A DNA stretch of 64,000 nt from a virus (IMGVR_UViG_3300032236_001530:91229-155228), one strand, 5' to 3'; counted from the first letter of the stretch, positions 9,154-20,153 are shown. The notes: generated from the sequence alone by a model not told the origin. A program made the numbers and translations.

Positions 9154-10722
9154 ATGGCAGATCAATTATTAAAAGCGGTTAGAATTACTGATAATATAAA
9201 ACTTGAGGTCTATCAGCAAGGTAGAAAAAGAAAGTACGCACTTTTTTATGATTCGGAAATGACAAAAAGTGAAAAGTATGATGTTTCATTAACAGATGAC
9301 CAAGTTATACAGGAAGCTTTGAGTATTTACAACATTAAATATGCTAATGATAATAAAACATTTAAAGTAATTCAAGATCCTTATAAAGACCCTTTTGTAC
9401 AAAGAACTTATGGTAATGGTGATAAAAGTCCTTACTATATAAATAACGGTTGTGGTATAAATATATTATGGGAAGGATATGCAAATTCAAGTCCAGTTAT
9501 TACTTCACAAAGTGATATTAACGATCCAAATGTTGCTAATAAGGTAGTTACAGTTTATTTACCAAGTGGATTCACTGAAAATAATGGTAAAGGTTATTTA
9601 GTATGGACAACAAATGGTTTTAATTATAGTGATAAGGTTAATATTGGTAATATATCTAACTTTGGAAGTTATGTAGAAGATCATTCAATTGTTGACATTA
9701 TTATATCTAGATTTCAGTCGGATGTAAAAACCTTACATGGTCTAAGTGAATATGATTTAAAACTTTGCTCTCCTGATACAGAGTCTTGTTCTATTATTAC
9801 ATATAAAAGTCCATTAGAAGCCCCAAAGAGTACAAATGCCCAATTAGTAGCTGCTCAGACTCCACCAAGTCCTACACAATCAATACCTAAAATAAAGTTC
9901 ACAATAGATGGTCTTGGTGATACTATACAAGTAAAAGCTAAAACAGACTTAGACACATTTACTGTCTGGACTGGTCCTATACCTAAACCAGCTGACCAAA
10001 TAGATCAATTTGATAACTTAGGTGAGTTAGACCCAGAATATACAGAGTCGAGTTATGCTGGATTTGAAGAAACTGGTATTGATTATCAAACTTGGAAAGT
10101 ACAAGATGCTGTTTCAAATGGTCAGGAAGATTGTAGCCAACCACCTACACAAGTTGGTACTCCTGCTAATGTTAAGCTAACAACAACTTATAACGATTTG
10201 ATGAATTTAGCTGGTAGATGTGCTAGAGAACTTGGTAAAAATAATAGAGTTAATGCTGACAACTTAAAGAAAGGTTATACACCTGGAATACATGGTTTAT
10301 GTCCTCAGGGAACTCAAGCAGTTTTGTATGCTTTAACAGGTATAAAGGCTCTTGGACAACTAGTTGGTAATGCTGACTGGTTCTCATTTAAATCTCCTAC
10401 TCTACCAGGTGGTGGTGATGGTAAAGGAAATTTATCTAACACTGGTTATTATAATCAAAAAGTCAAAATATCACAAAATAGTGGATCATGGAAAGGTACT
10501 TATTTAACAGATTCAAGTCAGTGGCAAGTAGGTGATGTTATAGCTATGGGTTATGTTGGTAAAGAATATGGTCACATTCAATGTTATACTGGATATTGTT
10601 GGCAAAGTGACTTTAAGCAAAATGCTATACAGCAAAATCATGTTGATGTAAATTCTGTTGCTCTTTGGAGACTAAATGATAAAGGCTTACAAGCGATAAA
10701 AAATCTTAGTGCTGTTGCATAA
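9154..10722 (+). CDS. Virion-associated protein with C-terminal CHAP/NlpC-P60-like peptidoglycan amidase
   Basis: GLCPQG...GNA...QVGDVI...YGHIQ..TG..WQSDFKQ (Cys/His dyad). Confidence 0.65.
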   Translation: MADQLLKAVRITDNIKLEVYQQGRKRKYALFYDSEMTKSEKYDVSLTDDQVIQEALSIYNIKYANDNKTFKVIQDPYKDPFVQRTYGNGDKSPYYINNGCGINILWEGYANSSPVITSQSDINDPNVANKVVTVYLPSGFTENNGKGYLVWTTNGFNYSDKVNIGNISNFGSYVEDHSIVDIIISRFQSDVKTLHGLSEYDLKLCSPDTESCSIITYKSPLEAPKSTNAQLVAAQTPPSPTQSIPKIKFTIDGLGDTIQVKAKTDLDTFTVWTGPIPKPADQIDQFDNLGELDPEYTESSYAGFEETGIDYQTWKVQDAVSNGQEDCSQPPTQVGTPANVKLTTTYNDLMNLAGRCARELGKNNRVNADNLKKGYTPGIHGLCPQGTQAVLYALTGIKALGQLVGNADWFSFKSPTLPGGGDGKGNLSNTGYYNQKVKISQNSGSWKGTYLTDSSQWQVGDVIAMGYVGKEYGHIQCYTGYCWQSDFKQNAIQQNHVDVNSVALWRLNDKGLQAIKNLSAVA

Positions 10723-10746
10723 AAAAACCCACTCAATGAGTGGGTT
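10721..10746. terminator. Intrinsic terminator hairpin
   Basis: AAAAAAACCCACTC-AAT-GAGTGGGTT between convergent genes. Confidence 0.75.
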
Positions 10747-10765
10747 AAATTTTTTAATAAAAAAC

Positions 10766-11125
10766 TTACTTATCAGTTTTCTTATTAGAATTTTTTGGCT
10801 TACTAGGCTTACTAGGTTTTTTATCAGTCTTAGTAGTAGTTTTTGCTTTAGTAACTTTTTTCTCTACTGATTTAACTTCTTCAGTTGCTTTTTCAGCTAC
10901 TGATTTAACTTTAGCTTTGATTTCTTTAGCTGTAACCTTTTTTTCTTCAGCAATCTCCGCAAGTCTAGTTTCTATAGCCTTTGTAGCTGACTCAACATCA
11001 ACTTTAGATACTTCAACATCTTTTTTCACTTCCGTTTTTATTTCAGCAATAACCGGAGTAATTTTAGCTTCAACTTGTTCTTCAGCTTTCTTAAACCAAC
11101 CTTTGATTGTGTTCCAAATACTCAT
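10766..11125 (-). CDS. Lys/Ala/Glu-rich small protein with basic tail
   Basis: Amphipathic MSIWNTIKGWFKK start, KKPSKPSKPK tail, GAATATATA upstream. Confidence 0.65.
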   Translation of the reverse strand: MSIWNTIKGWFKKAEEQVEAKITPVIAEIKTEVKKDVEVSKVDVESATKAIETRLAEIAEEKKVTAKEIKAKVKSVAEKATEEVKSVEKKVTKAKTTTKTDKKPSKPSKPKNSNKKTDK

Positions 11126-11235
11126 AGTTTAAATTATTTTTTATTATATATTCACTTTCTTTTCTTCCCTCTATAAAAAACCTCATAAAAACCACAATTT
11201 TAAACAAGAGCCTTATTTTAATATATAATAATAAG

Positions 11236-12846
11236 ATGAAATTTAGATATGACAAAGAAAAAGAAGAAATAGTTGTATCTGAGGCCACAAGAATTGAATA
11301 TCATCAATTAGGTCTTTGGTTAACACGACATGTAAAGGGGTATAGATATATGCCCGCCTTTAAGATGGGTGTGTGGAATGGTCAACAATCTTATTTCAAA
11401 AATGGTCGTATCAACTTAGGTCTTTGGAAAGAAGCAATGAGAGGTTGTAAAGAAATTGATGCTCCTTTTATTTTAGAAAACAAAGATGACTTTCCTCTAA
11501 ATAGAGATGTTACTTTAGAAGGTGTTAGAGAATTTTGTAAAGAGTATTTTAAAACACATAAAGTAAGAACTAAGTCAGGTGAGTGGGTTCCATTTATGCC
11601 GTATGACCACCAAATTGAATCAGCATATAAAATATTAAAAAATAGATACTGTATGGCTGAGGTTGCTACATCAGGTGGTAAATCTCTAATCATATCAATT
11701 GTTATTTTTTACACACTTAAAAATATAAACCCTAAGGCTAAATTTTTAATTATAGTTCCTTCTATTACACTAGTAACTCAATTTTATGATAATATTGTAG
11801 AATATAATATGGGTGTTAATAATATCTTAGAGATGAGAGAAAAGAAAATAGATCATATCTTAAATGATTCTCACTTACCTTGCGATATTAGAATTGAAGA
11901 AGTAATGTCCGAAAGACCTCGTAAGTGGTCTGGTACATTAGATGCTAATGTTTATATTGGTACTTATCAATCTTTGGAGAAATGGCCCAAAGAGTTCTTC
12001 AAACAATTTCACACAGTTGTTACTGATGAGGCTCATGGTGCTAAAGCAAAAACAATAACAACTATTTTAGGTCATACTTTTCATTCAGCTTACTCAAGAT
12101 TTGGTGTTTCTGGTACATTTCCTGAAGAAAACACTTGTGAGATACTAACCATTCAATCTGTTTTAGGTCCTAAGATTACTGAGGTATCTGCTATGGAACT
12201 TAAAGAAAAAGGTATTATCACTCCAATGGATGTTCGTGTTGTTATTATGAATCATGAGGACTTAGAATTTGACGATAGAATGACTCAAATAAGAAAAGGT
12301 GGTTATGGTAAAGAAGCCTTTGAATTGGAAAAAGATTACATACATCAATCCGGTAAAAGATTAGAATTTATTAAGAAGATTGTTAATAAATGTGATTCTA
12401 ATACTCTTTTATTATTTCATACTATTGAGTATGGTCAACAAATATTTAATACCTTGAGTAAGGATTTAACCGATAAAGAGTTTTATTATATTGATGGTGA
12501 GATATCGGGTAAGAAAAGAGAAGAGATTAAGAAACTAATGGAAGTAACTGATGGTAAAGTTAAAGTACTTGTTGCTTCTTATGGCACTTTATCAACCGGT
12601 GTTTCTATCAATGCTATCTTTAATGTAATATTTGCCGACTCATTCAAATCAGAACAAATTATAATTCAATCAATAGGTCGTGCATTACGTTTACATGATG
12701 ATAAAAAGAAAGCAAATATCTTTGACCTTGTTGATGTTTTCTCAAGTAGGGAGATGTCTAATATACTTTACAAACATTTTAAGGAACGTGAGAAGTTCTA
12801 TATCAAGAGAGGATATCCATATAAAATAATTAAAGTTAATATTTAA
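11236..12846 (+). CDS. uvsW: UvsW-like SF2 DNA helicase
   Basis: WNG N-terminal segment, ATSGGKS, DEAH, SGT, STGVSI, QSIGRALR. Confidence 0.9.
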   Translation: MKFRYDKEKEEIVVSEATRIEYHQLGLWLTRHVKGYRYMPAFKMGVWNGQQSYFKNGRINLGLWKEAMRGCKEIDAPFILENKDDFPLNRDVTLEGVREFCKEYFKTHKVRTKSGEWVPFMPYDHQIESAYKILKNRYCMAEVATSGGKSLIISIVIFYTLKNINPKAKFLIIVPSITLVTQFYDNIVEYNMGVNNILEMREKKIDHILNDSHLPCDIRIEEVMSERPRKWSGTLDANVYIGTYQSLEKWPKEFFKQFHTVVTDEAHGAKAKTITTILGHTFHSAYSRFGVSGTFPEENTCEILTIQSVLGPKITEVSAMELKEKGIITPMDVRVVIMNHEDLEFDDRMTQIRKGGYGKEAFELEKDYIHQSGKRLEFIKKIVNKCDSNTLLLFHTIEYGQQIFNTLSKDLTDKEFYYIDGEISGKKREEIKKLMEVTDGKVKVLVASYGTLSTGVSINAIFNVIFADSFKSEQIIIQSIGRALRLHDDKKKANIFDLVDVFSSREMSNILYKHFKEREKFYIKRGYPYKIIKVNI

Positions 12847-12902
12847 CAGATACCCAGAGTTCATTCTTTTTAATATATAAATCAAAATAAAAAGAATGAG
12901 AA

Positions 12903-15149
12903 ATGGCTGTATATAGTGCCAAGTTAATATCAACAGTTGGTGTTCCACCAGTTCAAATAACCTTTGATTTATTCAAAGATAACGTTCTTTTTAAAAACTA
13001 TGCTGATACTTCAGGATTCACATTCAAGAAATCAGATAAACTATTTTACATAGTAGCTGGTGATTATTTTTGGACCGGTGCTGGTAAGTGGATTGGACCG
13101 GGACCAGAGGCTGATATTGCAAAGGATGCTAAAATAAATATTGATGGTTATACATTTTCTGATCCAACACCACCAACTAGTCAACAAGTGGGTGGTTCTG
13201 CTAGTGGTGCTGCAAATGCGGTTGTTCCTAAAAAGCCAATCAATAAATTCATAACAGGTAAAGTAACAATCACAAAGAAAAGTGGACCAGGTGAAATAAC
13301 TGGTGTGACTGAACTTGAACTATCAGATAGTGGTAACACTGGAACAACAAACGTGACGTTCAAAGGTCTACAATTTACCGACCCTGGTGATTATGTTTTG
13401 TCTATAACTTGCACATCAGGTGAAGTAGAACCAATGGAATTAAAAGTTACTGTTCTTAACTCAGATGCTGTGATTGCTCAGCCAGAAAGTAAAGGTAGTA
13501 ATACTGAACAAAAACCAATAGATGGTAACAGACCAATTATAGCTCAAATAGATAAACCAACAATTAAAGTCCCACCTATTACAATTAAACAGGACGGAAC
13601 TGGTAATAGTGGTCAGGGTGCTTATACAAAAGGACTGGGTTATACCCCACTTATTTGGTATAAAGGATTTGCAATAGAAGAAAGATATATTTCTACTTTA
13701 AGATTATATCATGTTGGTTTGGTTCCTAAAATTGAATTTACATTTGAGGATACTAAAGATATATTAAAAGGCACAACAACACCTACTGATGATTCTACCA
13801 TTGATTTATTTTTGAACTCAAGTTCAAAAAACTTAAAGTCGATTCATATGGTCTTCAAAATTGAAAGTTTTGACCAAGGTGCCGAAAAAGCAAGTCAAAA
13901 ATATACTATTGTAGGCACTGTTAATATTCCCAATCTTTATCTTGTTGGTAATAATTCATATAACGATACATCTTTTAATTCTTTGAGAAAGATTTGCGGT
14001 GAATTAGAGATAGGCTTTAATTCAAATATAACAAATACTGATGATAAGATGGCTTGGAGAAATCCAAATAAAAAGATATTCGAATTCATGGATGATATTG
14101 TATCAAGGTCTTATATTTCGGATGAGTCTTTTATGGTTGGTTACATAGACTACTACTACTGTTTTAATTATGTTGATATTGAAAAAGAAATGAATAGAGA
14201 TGCTTCAAATGATGTTGGTATAAACACCGCGGGTCTTTCTGAGCAATCCAATGCTGATGAGACTCAAAGAATTGTACCTTTAAAGTTGACAAATGATCAA
14301 GCACAAACATCATCATCTAATTTTATTGGTTCTGTCGTTAGGGTAAATGATTCAACTAAAAAGTCATTAAAAGAAGGATATGCTACTGTGACCAAGTTTT
14401 ATGATAGGATTAAAAAGCAGTTTTTAGTTTTTACAGTTGACTCAACAACATCAGACGGTAGTAAATCCATAATTCTTAAAGGTGCTGAATATGATGATAA
14501 GTATCAAAAAGCAAATGTTAAGCACAAATTTGCAGGAAAAATAGATACAGATAATGTTCATAATAACTTTAATTATTCAGCTACTCAAAACAGAATAAAC
14601 TTAAATAATTTAAATAAGATTGCACTTAATGTTAATCTACCAAATGCTAATTGGAATTTATATAAATTTCAAAAAGTTGATGTTCAGTTAATTAATAAAT
14701 CATCGACATTTGCTAACCCTAGTATTATGGATCATAGATATTCTGGCTATTATATTATAGCTGATATAGAGTATATTTGGAGTAAGGGTAAGATGTCTCA
14801 AAATTTAAGATTAGTTAGAAAAGAACTTAATAAAACACCGGATGAGATTAAAAATGCACCACCTGTTCAAACAAAACCAGAGGTTAAAGAAAATAACTTT
14901 AACCCAACAGGTACATCATCTGTTGTACCAGCACCAAATTCTGTCTACAATATTGGTCAGACTTATTTAGTACAGGATAAGAATGGTAAGTTGTATAACC
15001 TTACTGTAACTAAACTTTTGGATGATGGTTTACAGGTTACTGGTACATTAAAAGAATCGCCGGTTGGTGCTTCGGCTAGTGGTCCTAATACATCACCGGT
15101 TGGTACAAATACATCAATTAACCCAGCTACACAATCTACTAGCTTATAA
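12903..15149 (+). CDS. Probable baseplate hub protein (gp27/late control D-like) with N-terminal Ig-like part
   Basis: Late promoter; location before lysozyme and gp5; YSGYYIIADIEYIW...LRLVRKE hub-like C-terminal strand. Confidence 0.55.
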   Translation: MAVYSAKLISTVGVPPVQITFDLFKDNVLFKNYADTSGFTFKKSDKLFYIVAGDYFWTGAGKWIGPGPEADIAKDAKINIDGYTFSDPTPPTSQQVGGSASGAANAVVPKKPINKFITGKVTITKKSGPGEITGVTELELSDSGNTGTTNVTFKGLQFTDPGDYVLSITCTSGEVEPMELKVTVLNSDAVIAQPESKGSNTEQKPIDGNRPIIAQIDKPTIKVPPITIKQDGTGNSGQGAYTKGLGYTPLIWYKGFAIEERYISTLRLYHVGLVPKIEFTFEDTKDILKGTTTPTDDSTIDLFLNSSSKNLKSIHMVFKIESFDQGAEKASQKYTIVGTVNIPNLYLVGNNSYNDTSFNSLRKICGELEIGFNSNITNTDDKMAWRNPNKKIFEFMDDIVSRSYISDESFMVGYIDYYYCFNYVDIEKEMNRDASNDVGINTAGLSEQSNADETQRIVPLKLTNDQAQTSSSNFIGSVVRVNDSTKKSLKEGYATVTKFYDRIKKQFLVFTVDSTTSDGSKSIILKGAEYDDKYQKANVKHKFAGKIDTDNVHNNFNYSATQNRINLNNLNKIALNVNLPNANWNLYKFQKVDVQLINKSSTFANPSIMDHRYSGYYIIADIEYIWSKGKMSQNLRLVRKELNKTPDEIKNAPPVQTKPEVKENNFNPTGTSSVVPAPNSVYNIGQTYLVQDKNGKLYNLTVTKLLDDGLQVTGTLKESPVGASASGPNTSPVGTNTSINPATQSTSL

Positions 15150-15163
15150 AATAATATAAATAA

Positions 15164-16027
15164 ATGGCAACACAAAGTTTAAATATTACAACACCTGTTA
15201 CAAATCCACCTTTGGATAAGATTCAACAACCTCAAGAAGTTGGCTATACATTTAATGTTGAGAAGAAAGACACATTTGTTATCGTTGGTGGTTCTATGAG
15301 TGGTGTGCAATTCACTATTGTTCCAAATGATGGTGTTGTTTATATAACTAATGATAGTATTAATAATAACACTGAAGATGAGTTAGGAGATGAATATACT
15401 GAGAGTCAATTTTCTGGTGTTGAGGAAACTGCCGTTAAACTAGAATACACCCCAAGTCCTGATGATAAACAAGCTGTTATTACTGATACAAAATCACTAG
15501 ATGGTCCAGTTGAAATAACCAAACCTAAAGATGGTAGTATGACTGTTAGTTTACAAGGTTTGCGTAATTTGAAAAAACATGAAGGATCTAGGAGTACTGT
15601 TTATGATGACAAAACGGGTAAATCAATATCTTCCTGGAATGAATGTATTGGTTTCCCAACTATTGGAGTTGGTCATCTTATCCAAAATAATGAAAAATCA
15701 GCATTTAGTAAATTCCTAAAACCAGGTGCAATGAGTGATAGTGAGATAGATAATTTATTATTAAAAGATTTACAAGAAAGAATTAACGGTTTAAATAAAA
15801 AGCTAAAAGTTAAAGTAAGTCAAAATCAATTCGATTCTCTTTTATCTATGGGATTTAATACAGGTTTTGCTAATCCTAGTTTCTTAAAAGCTATTGATTT
15901 GACAAACCAAGGTAGATTCAAGGATGCTTCTGAACAAATAAGAAGTGGTCCAAAAACTTCTAAAGGTGTTGTCTTGGCTGGTCTAGAGAGAAGAAGAAAT
16001 GATGAAGCTAATACTTATATAGCTTAA
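15164..16027 (+). CDS. Baseplate-associated lysozyme (GH24)
   Basis: LKKHEG..VYDD..PTIGVGH, QNQFDSLLSMGFNTG, GLERRRNDEA. Confidence 0.85.
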   Translation: MATQSLNITTPVTNPPLDKIQQPQEVGYTFNVEKKDTFVIVGGSMSGVQFTIVPNDGVVYITNDSINNNTEDELGDEYTESQFSGVEETAVKLEYTPSPDDKQAVITDTKSLDGPVEITKPKDGSMTVSLQGLRNLKKHEGSRSTVYDDKTGKSISSWNECIGFPTIGVGHLIQNNEKSAFSKFLKPGAMSDSEIDNLLLKDLQERINGLNKKLKVKVSQNQFDSLLSMGFNTGFANPSFLKAIDLTNQGRFKDASEQIRSGPKTSKGVVLAGLERRRNDEANTYIA

Positions 16028-16047
16028 TAAATTTAATATATAGTTTT

Positions 16048-18015
16048 ATGAGTATTTTTAGTAGTGATTCGGTTAGCTCAATAAGTTCAAATGCAATTGA
16101 TGCCGCAAAAGGCACAGTTACTGGCGTTGTTAGTTCGATAAACGGAATAAGTAAAACTGATGGTATTAGTCCAATCTCACTAATAGGTAGAGGTGGTGTT
16201 AGAGAAAAGCCAGGTTTTACTCCAAATGAATCATATGCTTCTAATTTAGGTAATAAAGGTACATCAAGTGGTCATTCTAATGATACCTGGTTTGGTGTTT
16301 TACTAAGCACTCACCCTGATTACTCTGGTACTAATACCACAAATACAAAACCTTTATCTACAATAGATAGATTTGAAAAGTCAAAATCCTATCCAAATTT
16401 TTCAAGTGAAATAATAGATCCTTCTAATCATTTTTCTACAAGAGACTACTATAATTTATTTGGCGATTTATCAACAGACTATTTTAAACATGGTTTATAT
16501 GAATACACACCATTAAGACCTGATAAAAATAATAGAGAAGTCTGGGATGGTAAAGAAGAATACCCTTTAAGATTAGCTCAGTTTAAGACTACTCCTTTTG
16601 AGAATAACGACCCTGTTTTATTTGGATTTGAAATAGTTATAGACGCTGTTAGTTCACCTTTATTAAATGGTGCAGTTGAAGATTTTATAAATCAATTTAG
16701 TTCAATAAGTGAGGTTGGTGCTAGAAAATATGTTATTGCTGATTTTAAAGAACAATTTAGTAAGTTATTTAAGACTAAGGGTAAAATATTTAGAGATAAT
16801 GGTGTGGATATAAAAACATCAATTAAAAATCAATATGTTGGTGATGATAAACAAACAACCATTTCAATGGCTGGTCATTTATCTTATTTATCTTATTATC
16901 TAAAAAAGGTGGCTGGTTTGGAAATGCTTATAGAGTCAAATACACCATCTAAAAAGAAATATTTAACAGATTATAGAAATGATGTTATTAAAATGACATT
17001 CGCTGAGGATATCTCTTTATCTATGGGTACTTTGGCACATCTTTATAAATTATTATATTGGTCAAAAGCAAATGGTAAGTATGTTATACCAGACAATCTA
17101 TTAAGATTTAATTGTAACATTATAGTATCAGAGGTTAGAAACTTAAATAGAGTTAGAAAAGCATTAGACACTCTTAATTTAGAAGTTGTTAAAGATAATG
17201 TAAGTAGACATGTTTACTCGTTGAAAGAATGTCAGTTATACTTTGACCAACCTGCTCACGAAGGTGAGATTGACCTATCGCAACCTACTAAGGATTTTGA
17301 TCAATTCGTAGTAACTATGGATTATAAATTTGTTAGCTCTAAATTTGAAAGATGGGTACCTAATGGCTTTGGATGGGGTATGTATGCTGGTTATGACAAC
17401 GGTGCAATGTGGAAGATAGGTAATCCTGGATCTAGAGGAACTCAGTCAACTGATAATGCTGGTACGATTAATGATAACTCTGTGCCTAAATTCTTTACAT
17501 CAAATATTAATCAATTTGGTCAAAATGGTGTTAAGATACCTTTAGTTTTAGAAGCATATGGTATATCAGCTGATTCTATATCAAAAGCACAAACTTCCGG
17601 TGCTAATGCAACAGATGGTGGTGCTGGTCCAAATGATACATCTAATACAGCTCCTAAAGATAATAGTAGAACACCTCAAAAGAAAACAGACTTTCAAAAC
17701 TTTATAGACAATTCTAAAAAAGCTAGTATTAAATTAGCAAAAAATTTAGAAAAAGCAGCTATAAAGGAATTACAAGGTCAAGTTAATATAAGACTTAGAT
17801 TGTTAAATAACACCTTAGATAAGCTTAGAAATGAAGCTGGTATAGGTAGAATGAGAGAACCAACTAATGTTTATAAAACATATAGTAATCCATTAGGTAT
17901 TTCATCTAACTTTTTCTTTGATGTTCATAATTCACTAAGAGATTTTGCTGGTGAGTCAGTTGGTGGTGCTTTAGGTGGAATATTAAAAGGTGGTAATAAC
18001 ACTACATTATTTTAA
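16048..18015 (+). CDS. Probable tail/baseplate structural protein
   Basis: Late promoter 16032-16042; located inside the baseplate block. Confidence 0.5.
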   Translation: MSIFSSDSVSSISSNAIDAAKGTVTGVVSSINGISKTDGISPISLIGRGGVREKPGFTPNESYASNLGNKGTSSGHSNDTWFGVLLSTHPDYSGTNTTNTKPLSTIDRFEKSKSYPNFSSEIIDPSNHFSTRDYYNLFGDLSTDYFKHGLYEYTPLRPDKNNREVWDGKEEYPLRLAQFKTTPFENNDPVLFGFEIVIDAVSSPLLNGAVEDFINQFSSISEVGARKYVIADFKEQFSKLFKTKGKIFRDNGVDIKTSIKNQYVGDDKQTTISMAGHLSYLSYYLKKVAGLEMLIESNTPSKKKYLTDYRNDVIKMTFAEDISLSMGTLAHLYKLLYWSKANGKYVIPDNLLRFNCNIIVSEVRNLNRVRKALDTLNLEVVKDNVSRHVYSLKECQLYFDQPAHEGEIDLSQPTKDFDQFVVTMDYKFVSSKFERWVPNGFGWGMYAGYDNGAMWKIGNPGSRGTQSTDNAGTINDNSVPKFFTSNINQFGQNGVKIPLVLEAYGISADSISKAQTSGANATDGGAGPNDTSNTAPKDNSRTPQKKTDFQNFIDNSKKASIKLAKNLEKAAIKELQGQVNIRLRLLNNTLDKLRNEAGIGRMREPTNVYKTYSNPLGISSNFFFDVHNSLRDFAGESVGGALGGILKGGNNTTLF

Positions 18016-18047
18016 TACCAAAAGTGATACTTTTTTATATATAATTT

Positions 18048-20153
18048 ATGAAAGTTGAAAGTGGTAAAACTTATGTTGGTGTAGTTGAAGATAACAACGA
18101 TCCTAAAAAACTTGGTAGAGTTAAAGTTAGAGTATTGGATGTTTTTGATAATACACCTATAGCTGATATACCTTGGGCTAATCCTTGGAAGGATTTATCA
18201 GGTGATCATTTTGCACTTCCTGATAAAGGGAAAGTAGTTACCGTTGTTTTTGAAAATGCTAATAGTAATAATCCCGAATTTATTTTTTCGGATCATTATA
18301 ATGTTAATTTAGAAAAGAAATTATCACAATTAGGAGAATCTGATTACTTATCAACGAAGTCCCTTATCTTTGACCATAAGACACAAGTTTATGTTAATGA
18401 TGGTGAAGGTCTTAAACTAGACCATAAGTTCAACCTTATTAATATTAAAGAAAAATCCATTGATATAAATCTTAAAGATAACTTTGGTAAAATCAATTTA
18501 GGTACTGCTAATTCAACTCAAAGAACAATCCTTGGTGATAACTTCTTAAATTGGTTTGATGATTTTGTTAGTATTCTAATGGGTTCTAAAGGTGGTCCTT
18601 TCTTGGGTAACTTGGGTGCTCCTGTTGTGGCAACACCTGCTTTACTTGGTAGTTTACAATTGTATCAACAATTAAAAGATCCTAAATTCTTATCTAAAAA
18701 TGTTTATGCGGTTGATAATGAAAATGTTGCTAAACTAGATAGAATTGCTGAGGGTCAAAAAGGTGACACTTGGGCTTCTACAGTTAAAGATAATGAAGTA
18801 ACATCTAAAGAGCCTGTTAATTTCAAACCAACTGATGGTTCGACAGATACTACTTTTGACCAACCACCAGTTAATGCGCCTTTATCACCTACTCAGTCTG
18901 TTGCTACTGGTTTAACTTCTTCAACTCCTACTCCTAAGCAAAATCCAGATGTTGATATTATTATAGAATTATTAAAGATGAAGAATTACACTCTTTATGA
19001 AGATGTAATGAAAATTAATATAATTGCTATAAGAAATCAATGTCAAGTAATTGGTGATAAATATACTGACTTATTTTCGGATAGATTATACGCTATGTTC
19101 AAAAAAGAAGATGGTTCTTGGGAACTAAAGCAATACATGATTTCAACAGTACCAGGTCTTGAATTTACAGTAACTGATAGTTGGCTATCAGAAAAGAACT
19201 TCACTAATATAAGTCCTTGGGTTGGCTCAACTGGTAAGAAAATATTTATGAAAGAGTATGCTAAAAATGCTGGTACGGTTAATGGTGACCCTAACTTGAA
19301 AAACGGATTACCTATTTTAGTACCTTCTCAATATATTGATTTATATTATTTATCACAATATAAAGGAGCTAAAGCCTTTTTGGTTATAAATGGAGCCAGT
19401 CAGTTAGTCTGGAGAGATAGTGATACTGATAATCCAGATATTTTTAATCCTAATAATTATACAACACCTGAGTTACTAACTCCTAATAACCTTGTTGATA
19501 ATGGTCTTAAATTCCATTTAGGTTATCCGGGAGGTCAAAAAGTTGGAAACTGGTCTGAAGGTTCTCAAGTATTCTCTAATGCTGAAAGCTTAAATGAGTT
19601 CTTTGGATATTGTGAGAAACATAAAGAAAAATATGATAATAAATTTACTTATACTTTAGCAACTAAGAATGATTGGGATGAAGCGGTTAAAGCTATCGAC
19701 TCTAATAAGAAGTCTGATAATTTAAGTCCAACTCAAAGTCAAACAGTTCAATCAGCCACTCAAAGTGTGAATCCTCAACCCGATGCTAGTAATTTAGGTG
19801 GTACTCAAAGTTCTACCGCTACTGCTTCTACCGCTACTCAAAGTTCGGTTATTAATACTAACACTAGTAGTCCAACTCAGTTTACTATTGGTATATTAAA
19901 TCCAACTTCAGAAGCTAGTAAAAAAGTTTCTGGTACGGTTACTATTAGTAGACAAGGTTTATTATATACCGCAACTGGTATAATATCTGGTTTCCCTGAT
20001 GGTAATACAATAGGTCCAATTTCGGGAGCACCACTTTCAGGTGGAACAGATATAATTGACTCATTGGTTAATGAAATGATGATTAATTTAGAAAATTCAA
20101 TAGCATCAAATTATAATGTTAAGGTTAAACTAATTGTTGTTGAGAAAAAATAA
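18048..20153 (+). CDS. gp5-like baseplate spike (OB-fold) fused to an L,D-transpeptidase-like domain
   Basis: GVVEDNNDPKKLGRVKVRV..PWA..P..G..V.VVFE; later NIIAIRN..STVPG..VWRD..FH..WSEGSQVF..FTYTL. Confidence 0.75.
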   Translation: MKVESGKTYVGVVEDNNDPKKLGRVKVRVLDVFDNTPIADIPWANPWKDLSGDHFALPDKGKVVTVVFENANSNNPEFIFSDHYNVNLEKKLSQLGESDYLSTKSLIFDHKTQVYVNDGEGLKLDHKFNLINIKEKSIDINLKDNFGKINLGTANSTQRTILGDNFLNWFDDFVSILMGSKGGPFLGNLGAPVVATPALLGSLQLYQQLKDPKFLSKNVYAVDNENVAKLDRIAEGQKGDTWASTVKDNEVTSKEPVNFKPTDGSTDTTFDQPPVNAPLSPTQSVATGLTSSTPTPKQNPDVDIIIELLKMKNYTLYEDVMKINIIAIRNQCQVIGDKYTDLFSDRLYAMFKKEDGSWELKQYMISTVPGLEFTVTDSWLSEKNFTNISPWVGSTGKKIFMKEYAKNAGTVNGDPNLKNGLPILVPSQYIDLYYLSQYKGAKAFLVINGASQLVWRDSDTDNPDIFNPNNYTTPELLTPNNLVDNGLKFHLGYPGGQKVGNWSEGSQVFSNAESLNEFFGYCEKHKEKYDNKFTYTLATKNDWDEAVKAIDSNKKSDNLSPTQSQTVQSATQSVNPQPDASNLGGTQSSTATASTATQSSVINTNTSSPTQFTIGILNPTSEASKKVSGTVTISRQGLLYTATGIISGFPDGNTIGPISGAPLSGGTDIIDSLVNEMMINLENSIASNYNVKVKLIVVEKK

